Below are positions 8,450 to 17,725 of a DNA stretch of 64,000 nt, one piece after another. The notes under the pieces were generated by a model. It worked only from the letters and a program-made list of their open reading frames with translations. It ran no database searches and was not told the origin of the DNA. Origin of the DNA: a virus. Taxonomy: Duplodnaviria; Caudoviricetes. The position numbers and the translations under genes are program-made. The DNA lies in IMG/VR virus record IMGVR_UViG_2657245717_000001, positions 1 to 64,000 of that record; one strand, 5' to 3'. Each line of letters opens with the position of its first letter. The first letter of the stretch is position 1.

Positions 8450-9631
8450 GTGGTGTACGAGGTGCGGTCGGTGCGGAATCTCGCGGCGCTGGTCGAACAG
8501 GTCGCGCCCCACGATCGGGACGAGTGGGAGACGCGGCAGCCGGTCCTTGTGCGGCGTGGGTCGCCGCGGCGGGACGTGTGGGAGCAGGTGTCCAGGTCCC
8601 GCGGCCATCAGTTGTGGATGGTGGTCGGCATGTTCGACCGTGCCGTTCAGCGTCCGTCGATGCCGGAGCGAACCAGGACGCGCGGCATGGACCAGCTGTT
8701 CACGTGGGCTGCCCTCGCCGCGTTCTGGGAGCTGGCCGTGCCGGGGGAGTTGCGGGCGCGGGCGGAGGATCGGGGGAAGCGGCTGCCGGTGGCGTCGCAG
8801 CGGATGGTGCGGGACTGTTTGGCGATCCTGGCCCGCCTGGTCGTGCCGGAGCGCATGGTGCGGTTGCCGAAGTTGCCGCAGGCGCCGGCTCGGGCGGTGA
8901 CACGGCCCGCACAGGAGCAGGAGTTGCTGCATCATCTGCTGCGGTTGGCGGCGGACGGGCCGGCGGGCGGGTTCGTGTGGCAGCAGCGGCAGGCGGATGC
9001 TCGTGTGCGGGCGTTGGCGGTGGCTGGGGTGGCGGTGGATACGCGGTCGCGGGTGTCGGAGTTGGCGGCGATCCGTATGTCGGATCTGGGGGATGGGCTT
9101 AAGTGGGTGCGGGTGCGGCGTCAGCCGCAGAATGGTGCGCATCTGCCGGTGGTGGTGGAGGAGCTGTCGTTGTCGAGGGCGACGCGGGAGGCGTTGGGCC
9201 GGTGGTTGGAGGTGCGGGAGCGGCTGGTGGCTGGGTTGGAGGGGGGTCGGGTGGAGGCGTTGTGGGTGCGGGTAGCGCCGTATCCGTTGCGGGCGGGGGA
9301 GCCGGCGGGGTTGCCGTTGTCGGATCAGGTGTTGCGGGAGGCGTATTCGCGGGGTGTGCGGTCGTTGAATTCGGTGATGGCGGGTGAGGTGGGGTGGGAG
9401 CCGTTGCCGGCGTCGTTGGAGTCGTTGCGGCGGGCGGTGACGCCTGTGGAGGAGGAGCGGGTTGCGCAGGTGCCGGTGGGGCAGCCTGGTCGTCCGCGTC
9501 GCGCGTCAGGGGTGGGTTCATCGCATGGTACGGAGGGCCGGTATGTGCATGGCGGGTGCCGGTGCGCGGAGTGTTGTGAGGCTGCTGCTCATGCGCGTAG
9601 GTCGCGGAGGCGGGAGCGTGCTGGTGCGTGA
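8450..9631 (+). CDS. Degenerate tyrosine-recombinase-like protein with C-terminal HG..RY..CRC..C motif
   Basis: Box I TRSRVSELAAIRMSDL is present; box II reads ESLRRA without His; no obvious nucleophile Tyr; GGAGG RBS. Confidence 0.7.
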   Translation: MVYEVRSVRNLAALVEQVAPHDRDEWETRQPVLVRRGSPRRDVWEQVSRSRGHQLWMVVGMFDRAVQRPSMPERTRTRGMDQLFTWAALAAFWELAVPGELRARAEDRGKRLPVASQRMVRDCLAILARLVVPERMVRLPKLPQAPARAVTRPAQEQELLHHLLRLAADGPAGGFVWQQRQADARVRALAVAGVAVDTRSRVSELAAIRMSDLGDGLKWVRVRRQPQNGAHLPVVVEELSLSRATREALGRWLEVRERLVAGLEGGRVEALWVRVAPYPLRAGEPAGLPLSDQVLREAYSRGVRSLNSVMAGEVGWEPLPASLESLRRAVTPVEEERVAQVPVGQPGRPRRASGVGSSHGTEGRYVHGGCRCAECCEAAAHARRSRRRERAGA

Positions 9632-9681
9632 CCGGTTTGCGGGGTAGGCTTCGCCTTGCGTAATAGGTATGTGAATGGCCA

Positions 9682-9934
9682 CCACCCGAGGTTCGGGGCG
9701 GTGGCCATTAGCGTGTGCTGGTGGTTCAGGATGGATCGGAGCCGGTTCCATCGCAGTTCTGGCAGATGCCGGTCTGGTCGCAGTAGTCGCATCCGTTTCC
9801 CGAGCAGTCGGGATCGTTGCCGTCCCCTTCGCATTCAGGGCAGTTCGGCCGGTCACTCATGGGTGCTCCTTAGGTGGCAAGGCGGTGGGTGGCTCACCCA
9901 CCCGAGGTTCGGGGCGGTGGCCATTAGCGTGTGC
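9682..9934. repeat. 37-bp direct repeat pair (9682-9718, 9898-9934)
   Basis: CCACCCGAGGTTCGGGGCGGTGGCCATTAGCGTGTGC twice, each just downstream of a minus-strand stop codon. Confidence 0.9.
9726..9860 (-). CDS. 44-aa DnaJ-type zinc-finger microprotein (absent from the ORF track)
   Basis: AAGGAG RBS; MSDRPNCPECEGDGNDPDCSGNGCDYCDQTGICQNCDGTGSDPS. Confidence 0.7.
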   Translation of the reverse strand: MSDRPNCPECEGDGNDPDCSGNGCDYCDQTGICQNCDGTGSDPS

Positions 9935-9942
9935 CGGGTCGG

Positions 9943-10455
9943 TCAGAAGGGGCCGTCGTAGCCATACATATCCGGGGTGTCGCCACAGCAGGACGGGCAC
10001 ATGCAGCGGCACGAATCCTGGCGCCCCGTGCATCGGCCAGCAGTGCGGGTGCCATCGCCATTGAGGTTGTGGTGGAAGGCGCCGTAGCACAGAGGGCCGG
10101 GCTCGGGACAGTCGTTCACCGCGCACTGATGGGTGTCACACCACGTGCGCTTCGCCGTCTCGTGCTGAACCCTTCCCTTGGCCCCTCGGTATTGCATGGC
10201 GTCGGGGCGCCACGGGCACAGCGCCTCCACTCCCGGCGGCGGGCAGGATGGCGGCACCGCGTCGGGGAAGTTGCCGTCGGGGTAGGTTTCCCACCTCCGC
10301 CCGTCCGGGGCCGCCCAGGTGATCCACCGCTTGACTTGGTATGCGCTGGCGTACCGGCTGCCTGCGCGGCTGTGCTGGGTGACGACGATCCCGCATTCGG
10401 TGCAGTCCTTGCGGTTGGTGTGGACGTCGACCAGGCGGTGCGGGTTGGCGTCCAC
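9943..10455 (-). CDS. Cys-rich hypothetical protein
   Basis: AAGGAG RBS; multiple CxxC motifs; acidic GPF C-terminus. Confidence 0.6.
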   Translation of the reverse strand: MDANPHRLVDVHTNRKDCTECGIVVTQHSRAGSRYASAYQVKRWITWAAPDGRRWETYPDGNFPDAVPPSCPPPGVEALCPWRPDAMQYRGAKGRVQHETAKRTWCDTHQCAVNDCPEPGPLCYGAFHHNLNGDGTRTAGRCTGRQDSCRCMCPSCCGDTPDMYGYDGPF

Positions 10456-10511
10456 GAGGTCTCCTTATGTAGTGAGGTGGTTGAGGTTCGGGCGCGGTCA
10501 CGGGGGCGGGG

Positions 10512-10727
10512 TTAGACCTTTTCCAGTCCGTCCTCGTAGACGGACCAGATGCCGTCAGCCCAGGCGTGCACGGTGATGCGGCTGACGTCCCAGCAGCCCG
10601 CCTGGATCTCCTGGCGGAGCTTGGTGACGCGGGCATACGCCTTGCTTGGGGTGGCGTGGTCGGTTGAGCGGGGCTGCCCGTTGGTGATGGTGGCGACGCG
10701 CCAGGGCTTGCGGGGCTGGGTGGCCAT
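10512..10727 (-). CDS. Hypothetical protein
   Basis: AAGGAG RBS; operon context. Confidence 0.6.
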   Translation of the reverse strand: MATQPRKPWRVATITNGQPRSTDHATPSKAYARVTKLRQEIQAGCWDVSRITVHAWADGIWSVYEDGLEKV

Positions 10728-10736
10728 GGATACTCC

Positions 10737-11096
10737 TTAGGCGGCGAGGCGGTAGGCGGCCTGCTCGAACAGGCGGGCGTCACCAGCGTTGCGGGGGCGG
10801 TAGGTGGCGAGGCGGGCGGTGAACGCGGCCCGGTCGTACAGCTTGACGGGCACGGTCTTGGTGCGGCGTCCCCGGAGCTTAATGGTGGTCTGGCCGAGGG
10901 TGGTGGGGGTGATGGTGCGGGAGAAGGCGCCGGAGTAGCGGCGGGCGAGGGTGGGGTGGATGCCGGCGGCGATGAGGTGGGTGCTGGCGGGCTGGGGGAG
11001 TCCGGTGGCGGTGTTGCGGGTGGCTCGGGTGGTGGTGCGGTTGGTGCGGGTGCGCTGGCGGAGGGTGTGGCGGGCGGTGCGGGTGCGGGCGTTCAT
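10737..11096 (-). CDS. Basic hypothetical protein, first gene after an operator-promoter
   Basis: AAGGGGGAG RBS; R/T-rich; ends RLAA. Confidence 0.6.
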   Translation of the reverse strand: MNARTRTARHTLRQRTRTNRTTTRATRNTATGLPQPASTHLIAAGIHPTLARRYSGAFSRTITPTTLGQTTIKLRGRRTKTVPVKLYDRAAFTARLATYRPRNAGDARLFEQAAYRLAA

Positions 11097-11134
11097 CGGG
11101 CTCCCCCTTCGTGGTGCGGTGGACCCACCATAGC

Positions 11135-11165
11135 CATACTCCATTGCGCAACGCAATGGAGTATG
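11135..11165. promoter_or_regulatory. 31-bp palindromic operator-promoter, copy 1
   Basis: CATACTCCATTGCG-CAA-CGCAATGGAGTATG between divergent operons; leftward TTGCGT-N18-TATGGT. Confidence 0.85.
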
Positions 11166-11227
11166 CGAGACTGGTTCAAGCAAGCCACCCACAACCACCC
11201 GCCCCACCGCCCATGGAGGAAACTGGC

Positions 11228-11767
11228 GTGACCAACACCCCCACGCGCCGCCCCACCACACCCACCAGCCAGCGGCGCCCCTCGAAGGGACACCGCCCCA
11301 TGGCCCGCTACAGCTACGACAAGCGCATCGCCTCCCACGTCGTCGCCGCCGCCGACAAGCTCCGCGCCAACGACCCCGTCCTCGCCGAGTCCCTCGACAA
11401 GATCTCCGCCCCCGGCGGCTGGCAGCTCCTCCGCCCGCCAGCCCCCGCCGGAGGCCGCCCCAACCTGGCCATCTGGACCCCCGTCAGCGTCCGCACGCAG
11501 CTCATGGACGCTTCCCCCGACCTCGCAGCGGATGTCGACGAGGGCTTCGCCGCGTACCTCGCCGGCCGGTTCACGCCCGACAAGCCCCCGCGCGGCCGGC
11601 TCAGCCAGGGCGCCACCGAGGACCGCAAGAACCTCAACGTGCGACCCGACCCGCACCTCGTCCAGCAGATCAACGACAGTGCCGACGCCCGCACGGAGGA
11701 GCTGGGCTGGAAGCCCACCCCCGGTGTGATCGCGCTCGCCTGGCTCCGTCACAAGTACGGGCTCTGA
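11228..11767 (+). CDS. Putative tandem ribbon-helix-helix DNA-binding protein
   Basis: Two beta-helix-helix-like units (PNLAIWTP..VRTQL; KNLNVRPD..LVQQI); start 11228 or 11300. Confidence 0.55.
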   Translation: MTNTPTRRPTTPTSQRRPSKGHRPMARYSYDKRIASHVVAAADKLRANDPVLAESLDKISAPGGWQLLRPPAPAGGRPNLAIWTPVSVRTQLMDASPDLAADVDEGFAAYLAGRFTPDKPPRGRLSQGATEDRKNLNVRPDPHLVQQINDSADARTEELGWKPTPGVIALAWLRHKYGL

Positions 11768-11852
11768 CCTGCCGAGGGGCTGGCCGGGCCCGGACGCCGA
11801 CACCGGCCGGCCAGCCCCTCCACCATCACGCACAACCTCATAGGGAGACCTC

Positions 11853-12827
11853 ATGGCCACGGCCAGCGAGGCCCCCGCCACCATGGCGGAGGGCCCCACC
11901 ACGCACACCCCGAACCAGCACCAGACCAGCGTCTACCAGCTCATGTCCCGCGTCATGCGCGACGTCCGCAACGTCGGGAAAAACGGGCGCAACAACTCGC
12001 AGAACTACAGCTTCCGCGGCGTTGACGACGCCATCGGTGCGCTCGCCCAGCCGCTCCGCGACCACGGCGTGTTCATGACGCCGGAAGTCCTCGACATCCA
12101 GACCGAGGTCCGCGGGAAGATGAACGCCGTCCGGATGCGCGTCGCCTTCCACTTCTACGGGCCCGCCGGCGACCGTGTCACCGCCACCACCATGGGTGAA
12201 GCGTCCGACGTGGCCGACAAGGCATCCAACAAGGCCATGTCCGCCGCGTTGAAGTACGCGCTGATCCACACGTTCATGATCCCGGTCGACGCCGGGTCGC
12301 TCGACGACGGCGACCGCGACCACCCGGTCGGGCAGCGTTCCCCCGCCGACAGCTACATGGAGCGCCTCCGGAAGCCCGCCGTGTGGCACAACGTCACCGC
12401 GCTCCAGGCGATGCACTCCGAAGCGCGTGGTGACGGGCTCCTCGACGCAAGGGTCGAAGGGCCGGACGGGCAGACGACGCTCGGCGAGCTGCTGGTGTCG
12501 CGTGGCACGGCGCTGAAGGAGGCGGCGGCAGAGCAGGAGGCGCAGCGCGCGAAGGAGGCACCGGAGGCGGCCCGTCAGGTTGCGGCCGAGCACGGTGTGC
12601 CCGCGCAGCCGCCGGTGAAAAACGGCCCATTCGATGAGCTGAAGGCGGCAGCGAACGCCTCCTGGGGCAGCAGCCTGGGCCTGATCGAGGTCCGCATGAA
12701 GGCGCAGAGCACCGGCTTCGACGACCAGCTCGTACCGGGCCCCGACGGTACGCAGATCACCTTCGACCAGCTCCTCGCCGACCGTATCGAGCACCTCTCC
12801 CAGCAGCCAAAGGCGGACGCCGCCTAA
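11853..12827 (+). CDS. ERF-family single-strand annealing protein
   Basis: VGKNGRN..QNYSFRGVDD, GEASD..DKASNKAMSAALKYAL...F.IP....DDGD. Confidence 0.85.
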   Translation: MATASEAPATMAEGPTTHTPNQHQTSVYQLMSRVMRDVRNVGKNGRNNSQNYSFRGVDDAIGALAQPLRDHGVFMTPEVLDIQTEVRGKMNAVRMRVAFHFYGPAGDRVTATTMGEASDVADKASNKAMSAALKYALIHTFMIPVDAGSLDDGDRDHPVGQRSPADSYMERLRKPAVWHNVTALQAMHSEARGDGLLDARVEGPDGQTTLGELLVSRGTALKEAAAEQEAQRAKEAPEAARQVAAEHGVPAQPPVKNGPFDELKAAANASWGSSLGLIEVRMKAQSTGFDDQLVPGPDGTQITFDQLLADRIEHLSQQPKADAA

Positions 12828-12885
12828 TTCACTCCGGCCGGCAGGCCACCGTCCATCACCGTCTCTGGCTACCGGGAGGTCCGCC

Positions 12886-13164
12886 ATGTCCCCAGTCCTG
12901 CATGCCTCGCTGATCGTCCTCGTCGTCGCCGGGTCGGGTGTGGGGGCAGCTGTCCACTCGTGGTGGATGCGCCGCCGACCGCACCGCGCCGGCGTCTACC
13001 CGGGCAGTACCGAGCACCAGGCGGTCCTGGACGAGGCCGCGTTGCGGGCCGCGCTCCAGCAGGCCGCGGTCCTCGGCGAAGCCGAAGCTGTCATCGACAC
13101 AGCGTGGGCACGGCTCGCCCCCTACTACGAGAAGGAGGGCGAGCCATGGCCGCCCGCCGCCTGA
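12886..13164 (+). CDS. Hypothetical membrane protein
   Basis: GGAGG RBS; N-terminal TM. Confidence 0.55.
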   Translation: MSPVLHASLIVLVVAGSGVGAAVHSWWMRRRPHRAGVYPGSTEHQAVLDEAALRAALQQAAVLGEAEAVIDTAWARLAPYYEKEGEPWPPAA

Positions 13165-13382
13165 GCAGCACGATCGCCGCCTCCGCCCTCCTCGGGGCGG
13201 GGGCGGCCCTGTATCTGCACACCCAGCGTCTCCGCCGTGCTCTGACCGCGGAGCGTGCCGCGCGTCGCCTCGAAGGCGCCGCCCACGCCCGTGACTACAC
13301 GGCCGTCATGCAGCGGCTCACTGCCGCCATCACCGACCAGCAGCCCGCCGGGCCGCCGAACGCGAAAGGACCCCGCCCATGA
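13146..13382 (+). CDS. Hypothetical membrane protein
   Basis: GGAGGG RBS; TM segment; ATGA coupling to the next gene. Confidence 0.5.
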   Translation: MAARRLSSTIAASALLGAGAALYLHTQRLRRALTAERAARRLEGAAHARDYTAVMQRLTAAITDQQPAGPPNAKGPRP

Positions 13383-14194
13383 CCCGCCTGCCGTCCACCG
13401 CCCGCGGCGCCTACCGCGCGCTCACCGACCACAAGTACTACCGGTACCGGGGCTGCGCACCCGACCCCGACCAGCCCGACCGTGCCGCCGGCAACCCCGA
13501 CGTGCCGTTGAACGCGTGGCTGCCGCACACGGGAGACGGCGCGGAGGAACAGCGGGACCGCATCGACCGGGAGCGCGCCGCCATCTCGGTGTGTGAGGCG
13601 TGCCCTGTGCGGGCCCTGTGTGCGACGTACGCGTGCACGGAGACCGACGGGCAGCTCACCGAGCCGGAGGGCGTGTGGGGCGGCATGCTCGCCCTGGACC
13701 GACACCGCGAGCTGATCGGCCGCCGCACCGCCGAGCCCGCCACCCCCACGGTGACGGAGGTGACGCTGGCCGAGTGCCGACGCGAGCAGAAGCAGACGGT
13801 GCTGGCCGCGTTGGCCTCCCACTGGGACGAGGAGATCGTCGCCACCGCGGCGGGCATGGACCTGCGCACCACCAACTGGCACCGCTCCAGCCTGTGCGGG
13901 CTGCTCGGCCTCGACCGGGAAACCGCGACCCGTGCGCAGCTCCTCGCCGCCGCCGCTGAACACGGCGTACTCCCCGCCGGCGTACGGGTCGTGCGGGAGC
14001 CGTCCCCCGTCGCCGCTGCTCCGACTACGGACGGGGCCCGGCAGCGGCGCATAGCGGCCGGCGCGCCGATACAGCTCACCCTGCCCCTCGCCGGCGCGCT
14101 CCAGCTCCGCCGCCGACGCCGGGCCCGCACCACCACTCCCCGCCCCCGTCCTGCCGCCCGCATCGTGGCCGACACCCTGGAGACCACCGCATGA
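13379..14194 (+). CDS. WhiB-family regulator with C-terminal extension
   Basis: C...CxxCPV...C and GVWGG motifs. Confidence 0.85.
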   Translation: MTRLPSTARGAYRALTDHKYYRYRGCAPDPDQPDRAAGNPDVPLNAWLPHTGDGAEEQRDRIDRERAAISVCEACPVRALCATYACTETDGQLTEPEGVWGGMLALDRHRELIGRRTAEPATPTVTEVTLAECRREQKQTVLAALASHWDEEIVATAAGMDLRTTNWHRSSLCGLLGLDRETATRAQLLAAAAEHGVLPAGVRVVREPSPVAAAPTTDGARQRRIAAGAPIQLTLPLAGALQLRRRRRARTTTPRPRPAARIVADTLETTA

Positions 14195-14595
14195 CCGCCC
14201 CCACCCCTCCCGTCACCGTGCACGCCGACGAGGCCCTCGCCGCGCGGGCCGCGCACAGCGCCGAGCAGATCGCCGGGTTCCTGGTCCTCGGGCAGCTCGA
14301 CACCATCGGCCGCCCCGACAAGCTGCCCCACGACCTGTGGCCCGACCACGACCCGGTGGTGGTGCAGGCCGTGTGGGACCGGGCACTGGCGGTCGGCTAC
14401 CGGGCCGGCCTCCACGCGTCCCGTCCCCGGTTCCACCGCGACGCCCTCGACCGGCTGCGGGGCCAGCTGGAGGAGGCGGGCTGGCAGGCGATGGCCGGGC
14501 GGGCGGCGACGGTCACGGACCTGCTGGCGGTGACGCCGGTGGACGACGGCCTGGACGCGCACGCTGGCATGGGTGTGGAGGAGGTGCTGTGGTGA
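14191..14595 (+). CDS. Hypothetical protein
   Basis: ATGA and GTGA coupling on both sides. Confidence 0.6.
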   Translation: MTAPTPPVTVHADEALAARAAHSAEQIAGFLVLGQLDTIGRPDKLPHDLWPDHDPVVVQAVWDRALAVGYRAGLHASRPRFHRDALDRLRGQLEEAGWQAMAGRAATVTDLLAVTPVDDGLDAHAGMGVEEVLW

Positions 14596-14996
14596 CGGCG
14601 GCGGGGAGGGGCCGGCCGCCGGTTTTCGACGACGAGGCCCGTGCCCGGTACCTGGAGGCGCTGGCCGGGGGCGGGTCGATGGTGGACGCTGCCGCGGCGG
14701 CTGGGATCACGGCACGGTGGGCGTCGCATCTCGCGTCGGTCGACGCCGGATTCGCGGAGGCCCGGCGGACGGCGAAGCGTGACGGGAAGCGGGCTCGGTC
14801 GGCGTTGAGGCCGCACGGGTCGGAGGGCCGGTACGTACACGACAGGTGCCGGTGCGAGCTGTGCACGAAGGCAGCAGCGAAGGAACGGCAGGCTCGGCGG
14901 GATGCGGCAGGTGACGTGACGGATGGGGTTGGTGAGGTGAGTCTGCTGGTGGCGTCCCGGAGTCAGGAGGTCCTTTTGCCTGCTGAAGCTGCGTAG
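14592..14996 (+). CDS. HTH protein with HG..RY..CRC..C motif
   Basis: GRPPVFD...YLEALAGG.S..DAAAAAGIT HTH; HGSEGRYVHDRCRCELC. Confidence 0.65.
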   Translation: MTAAGRGRPPVFDDEARARYLEALAGGGSMVDAAAAAGITARWASHLASVDAGFAEARRTAKRDGKRARSALRPHGSEGRYVHDRCRCELCTKAAAKERQARRDAAGDVTDGVGEVSLLVASRSQEVLLPAEAA

Positions 14997-15019
14997 TTGG
15001 GGTGGGTGGCCGGGAGGCC

Positions 15020-15062
15020 GGGTTGCTTGATAACCGTTATTTAGTTCCGTTTTTCGTCGGAC
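15020..15062 (-). repeat. 43-bp inverted repeat, copy 2
   Basis: Exact reverse complement of 2308-2350. Confidence 0.93.
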
Positions 15063-15452
15063 ACGGGGAGGGGCTGGGACGGGTGTGCGATGAGCTGGAA
15101 TCCCTGACGACCTGTCCGATCATCAACACGATGCGAGAGGGAGGGGACAAGTGACCGGTTCAACGAGTAGGCTGAGCCTTGCGCCAGACGACCCATCACG
15201 GGTTGGAGGGCGTAGGCAGCAGAACGGCCCCACTCCCCCGGCTGGTAACCGGGATCGATGCGGGGCCGGTGCCGCAGGCAGTCACCTACCACAGCGACTC
15301 CTACGGCTGGCCAACACCCAACTCAACGAAGGTGTCGACATGCGAAAGAGTACCCGGGGAACCTCCCGGTCAGACAGGTGGACCAGCGTTTCCGGCGTGA
15401 ACATCACACCGCCGACGCACCCTGGCCCTGTCCCCACTACCCACACCGCACG

Positions 15453-15719
15453 ATGAGCGCCCGGGGCGAAGGGACTCCCGTCCCCGAAGCCATGGTCAGC
15501 AACATCTGCGAGGACAGCCTCGTTGGCATCCCCAGCAACTGGGTCAGGTTCGTAGATCGCGACGCGGACGCCTGGTGGTTGACCGGCCGATCCCACGACG
15601 GTGACAACGTGCTGATGCCCTCGGCCAGCGACGTACCAATGATGCTTCGGCGTGACGTGGAGCGGCTGTACGGCCCTCTTCTCGCGGAGGGCTACGGCCT
15701 GTCGGGTGTCGAGCGATGA
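15453..15719 (+). CDS. Small phage protein (phiSA1p31-like pattern)
   Basis: VDRDADAW.LTG...L.DVER.YGPL pattern; start uncertain. Confidence 0.5.
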   Translation: MSARGEGTPVPEAMVSNICEDSLVGIPSNWVRFVDRDADAWWLTGRSHDGDNVLMPSASDVPMMLRRDVERLYGPLLAEGYGLSGVER

Positions 15720-16069
15720 GCGCCCAGGGCGAGGACATCCTCGCCTGGCTGGACGCTGCCATCGGCGAGTACGAGCAGGCCGCTCTGCTCAGCGTCGACT
15801 GGCAGTTCACTCAGCAGTGGCCCGGCGACGAGACCCAGACCGGCTACGTCCCGCGCATCGACGAGCACGTCCTCTGCTACCGCCCGTCCGACGGCAAGAC
15901 CTTCTGCGGCACCGTCGACGACAACCGATGCGGCCTCTTCCTGACGACCTGCCTTCACGGCCGAGTCGCCCTCACAGCTTCGCTCTGGACGGTCCAACCG
16001 CTTGAGCGATCCGCAACGTGCCCTGGAGGCACACAGACCCCACCCACTGAGGGGGATCAGGTGACGTAG
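15716..16069 (+). CDS. Hypothetical protein
   Basis: ATGA overlap; DILAWLDAAI N-terminus. Confidence 0.45.
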   Translation: MSAQGEDILAWLDAAIGEYEQAALLSVDWQFTQQWPGDETQTGYVPRIDEHVLCYRPSDGKTFCGTVDDNRCGLFLTTCLHGRVALTASLWTVQPLERSATCPGGTQTPPTEGDQVT

Positions 16070-16289
16070 CTCTACTCGGCGGGAGATTTCCTCAACCGCC
16101 TGGCCGCCCACCTGGACCGGTACGCCAATACCTTCCAGGCCACTGCGGCCCACTTCCACGGCTCGACTCGCTACAGCCGAGCTAAGGCCCACCGGACGCC
16201 AATCCGCCGGGCGATCTAACAGGTTCTCCCAGAACCAACACCCACCGAAGCGGGCTTTTTCGTGTCCGCAGAACGGAACGAGGTCCATC

Positions 16290-17714
16290 TTGCAGCACGC
16301 GACGCCGTCTTGTCAGCTTCCGCGCGCCCGCACGGGCGATTCGCGGCAAAAGTCCACCCCACAGGTCAGCGAACTCGCCCCCCTCAACACCCCCGCCAAC
16401 GCCCAGTGGATCTCCACCACCACCGGACGCATCGCCACCGACGGCTACTCCTGGATGCAAGCCGTCCACTGGATCTCCGGCAGCGGCCTCTACACCCCCA
16501 ACCGCAACCACGGGCCCAAATGGGGCCCGACAACCATCGTCATCGCCCAGGAGATCGCCAACCTCACCGAGTGCCGGCCCAGCGTCGACTACCTCGCCCG
16601 CAAGCTCCGCTGCTCCACCCGCACCATCAAGTACCACCTCGGCATGCTCCGTGAAGCCGGGCTCCTCGTGTACCGCAGCAAGGGCACCCGCATCACCGGC
16701 AGCATCCGCCACGCCTCCGTCTACGAACGCATCATCCCCACCGCGTTCGACGAGGCGCTCGGTATCCGTTGCACCCTCCGCGACACCACCCAGCCCGCCT
16801 ACACCCGCACCCCCGTCGGCATCGCCGAGGAGGGCCGCAAGCTCATCGGCCAGCTCGCCAAAAAGGCCACCCGGAAGACCCGCCGCCGGGCTGGCCGCAC
16901 CCCTGTTTCGCGGGGGCAGCGTTGCACCCTAAGGGAGGGTGGTACCTCAGCATCGTCTTCTGCGGGTACTTCTACCGGTCCCTCTGAGAGCAGCAAGCTC
17001 GCAAGCGGGACCCAGATTCCCCCCACCCTGAAGCAGCCGAAGCGGACCCTCAACCGGGTCGGGCGCCGCTACCAGCTCGCCGGTGAACTCGTCGCCCTCA
17101 TGCCGTGGCTGTCCCGCGCGCCCAAGCCGCGAGTCGCTTGGGTCGCTCGCCACGTCGCTGACGCCGGCTGGACCGCCCTCGAAGTTCAAGCCGTCGTCGA
17201 GCAGGACCGGCCCATCACCGACGGCACCGTCCGCCGCGGCAGTGCCCTCCTCGCCTGCCGCCTGCGTGGTGTCCACGAGCTGTACAACACCCCGGCACGC
17301 CGCCAGACCGCTGTTGCTCACTGGCGGGACCAGCGCTGCAACGAGCACGCCCGTCACGAGGCGTACGACCTCATCACCGGCCCCATTAGCAGCAGCACTG
17401 TCCGCCGTCTCGTCCAGGGCGTCGTCAACCGCCTCCACCAGCCCGTGCCGGAGCCCGTCGCCCACGAGGACACGTTCACCATCACCGTCGACACCGACGA
17501 CGCCACCACGGTGCAGCCCGTCGACTTCGACGACGACACCATCCGCGAAAGCCACAAGGCCGCCCTCGCCGACCACAACATCGTCACCGCCGCCCTCGCC
17601 AGCGGCATGACCGAGGACACCGCCAACGCCCTCTACGGGCCCGGAGCCGTCATCCGCGCCCAGGGCATCGCCCGAGCCACCGCCCGCGGCTACCTCCGCC
17701 TCGACGCCCGCTAA
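16290..17714 (+). CDS. Putative plasmid replication initiator (winged-HTH)
   Basis: CRPSVDYLARKLRCSTRTIKYHLGMLREAGLL wHTH typical of initiators; adjacent to DciA and parBA. Confidence 0.7.
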   Translation: MQHATPSCQLPRARTGDSRQKSTPQVSELAPLNTPANAQWISTTTGRIATDGYSWMQAVHWISGSGLYTPNRNHGPKWGPTTIVIAQEIANLTECRPSVDYLARKLRCSTRTIKYHLGMLREAGLLVYRSKGTRITGSIRHASVYERIIPTAFDEALGIRCTLRDTTQPAYTRTPVGIAEEGRKLIGQLAKKATRKTRRRAGRTPVSRGQRCTLREGGTSASSSAGTSTGPSESSKLASGTQIPPTLKQPKRTLNRVGRRYQLAGELVALMPWLSRAPKPRVAWVARHVADAGWTALEVQAVVEQDRPITDGTVRRGSALLACRLRGVHELYNTPARRQTAVAHWRDQRCNEHARHEAYDLITGPISSSTVRRLVQGVVNRLHQPVPEPVAHEDTFTITVDTDDATTVQPVDFDDDTIRESHKAALADHNIVTAALASGMTEDTANALYGPGAVIRAQGIARATARGYLRLDAR

Positions 17715-17725
17715 GGAGCCACGCC

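Noticed and set aside
9682-9934. CRISPR mini-array (37-bp repeats)
   Set aside because: Only two copies, the 179-bp spacer contains an ORF with an RBS, and there are no cas genes in the window.
2308-15062. Transposon or IS defined by terminal inverted repeats
   Set aside because: No DDE transposase, no flanking target duplication seen, and the content is core phage genes.
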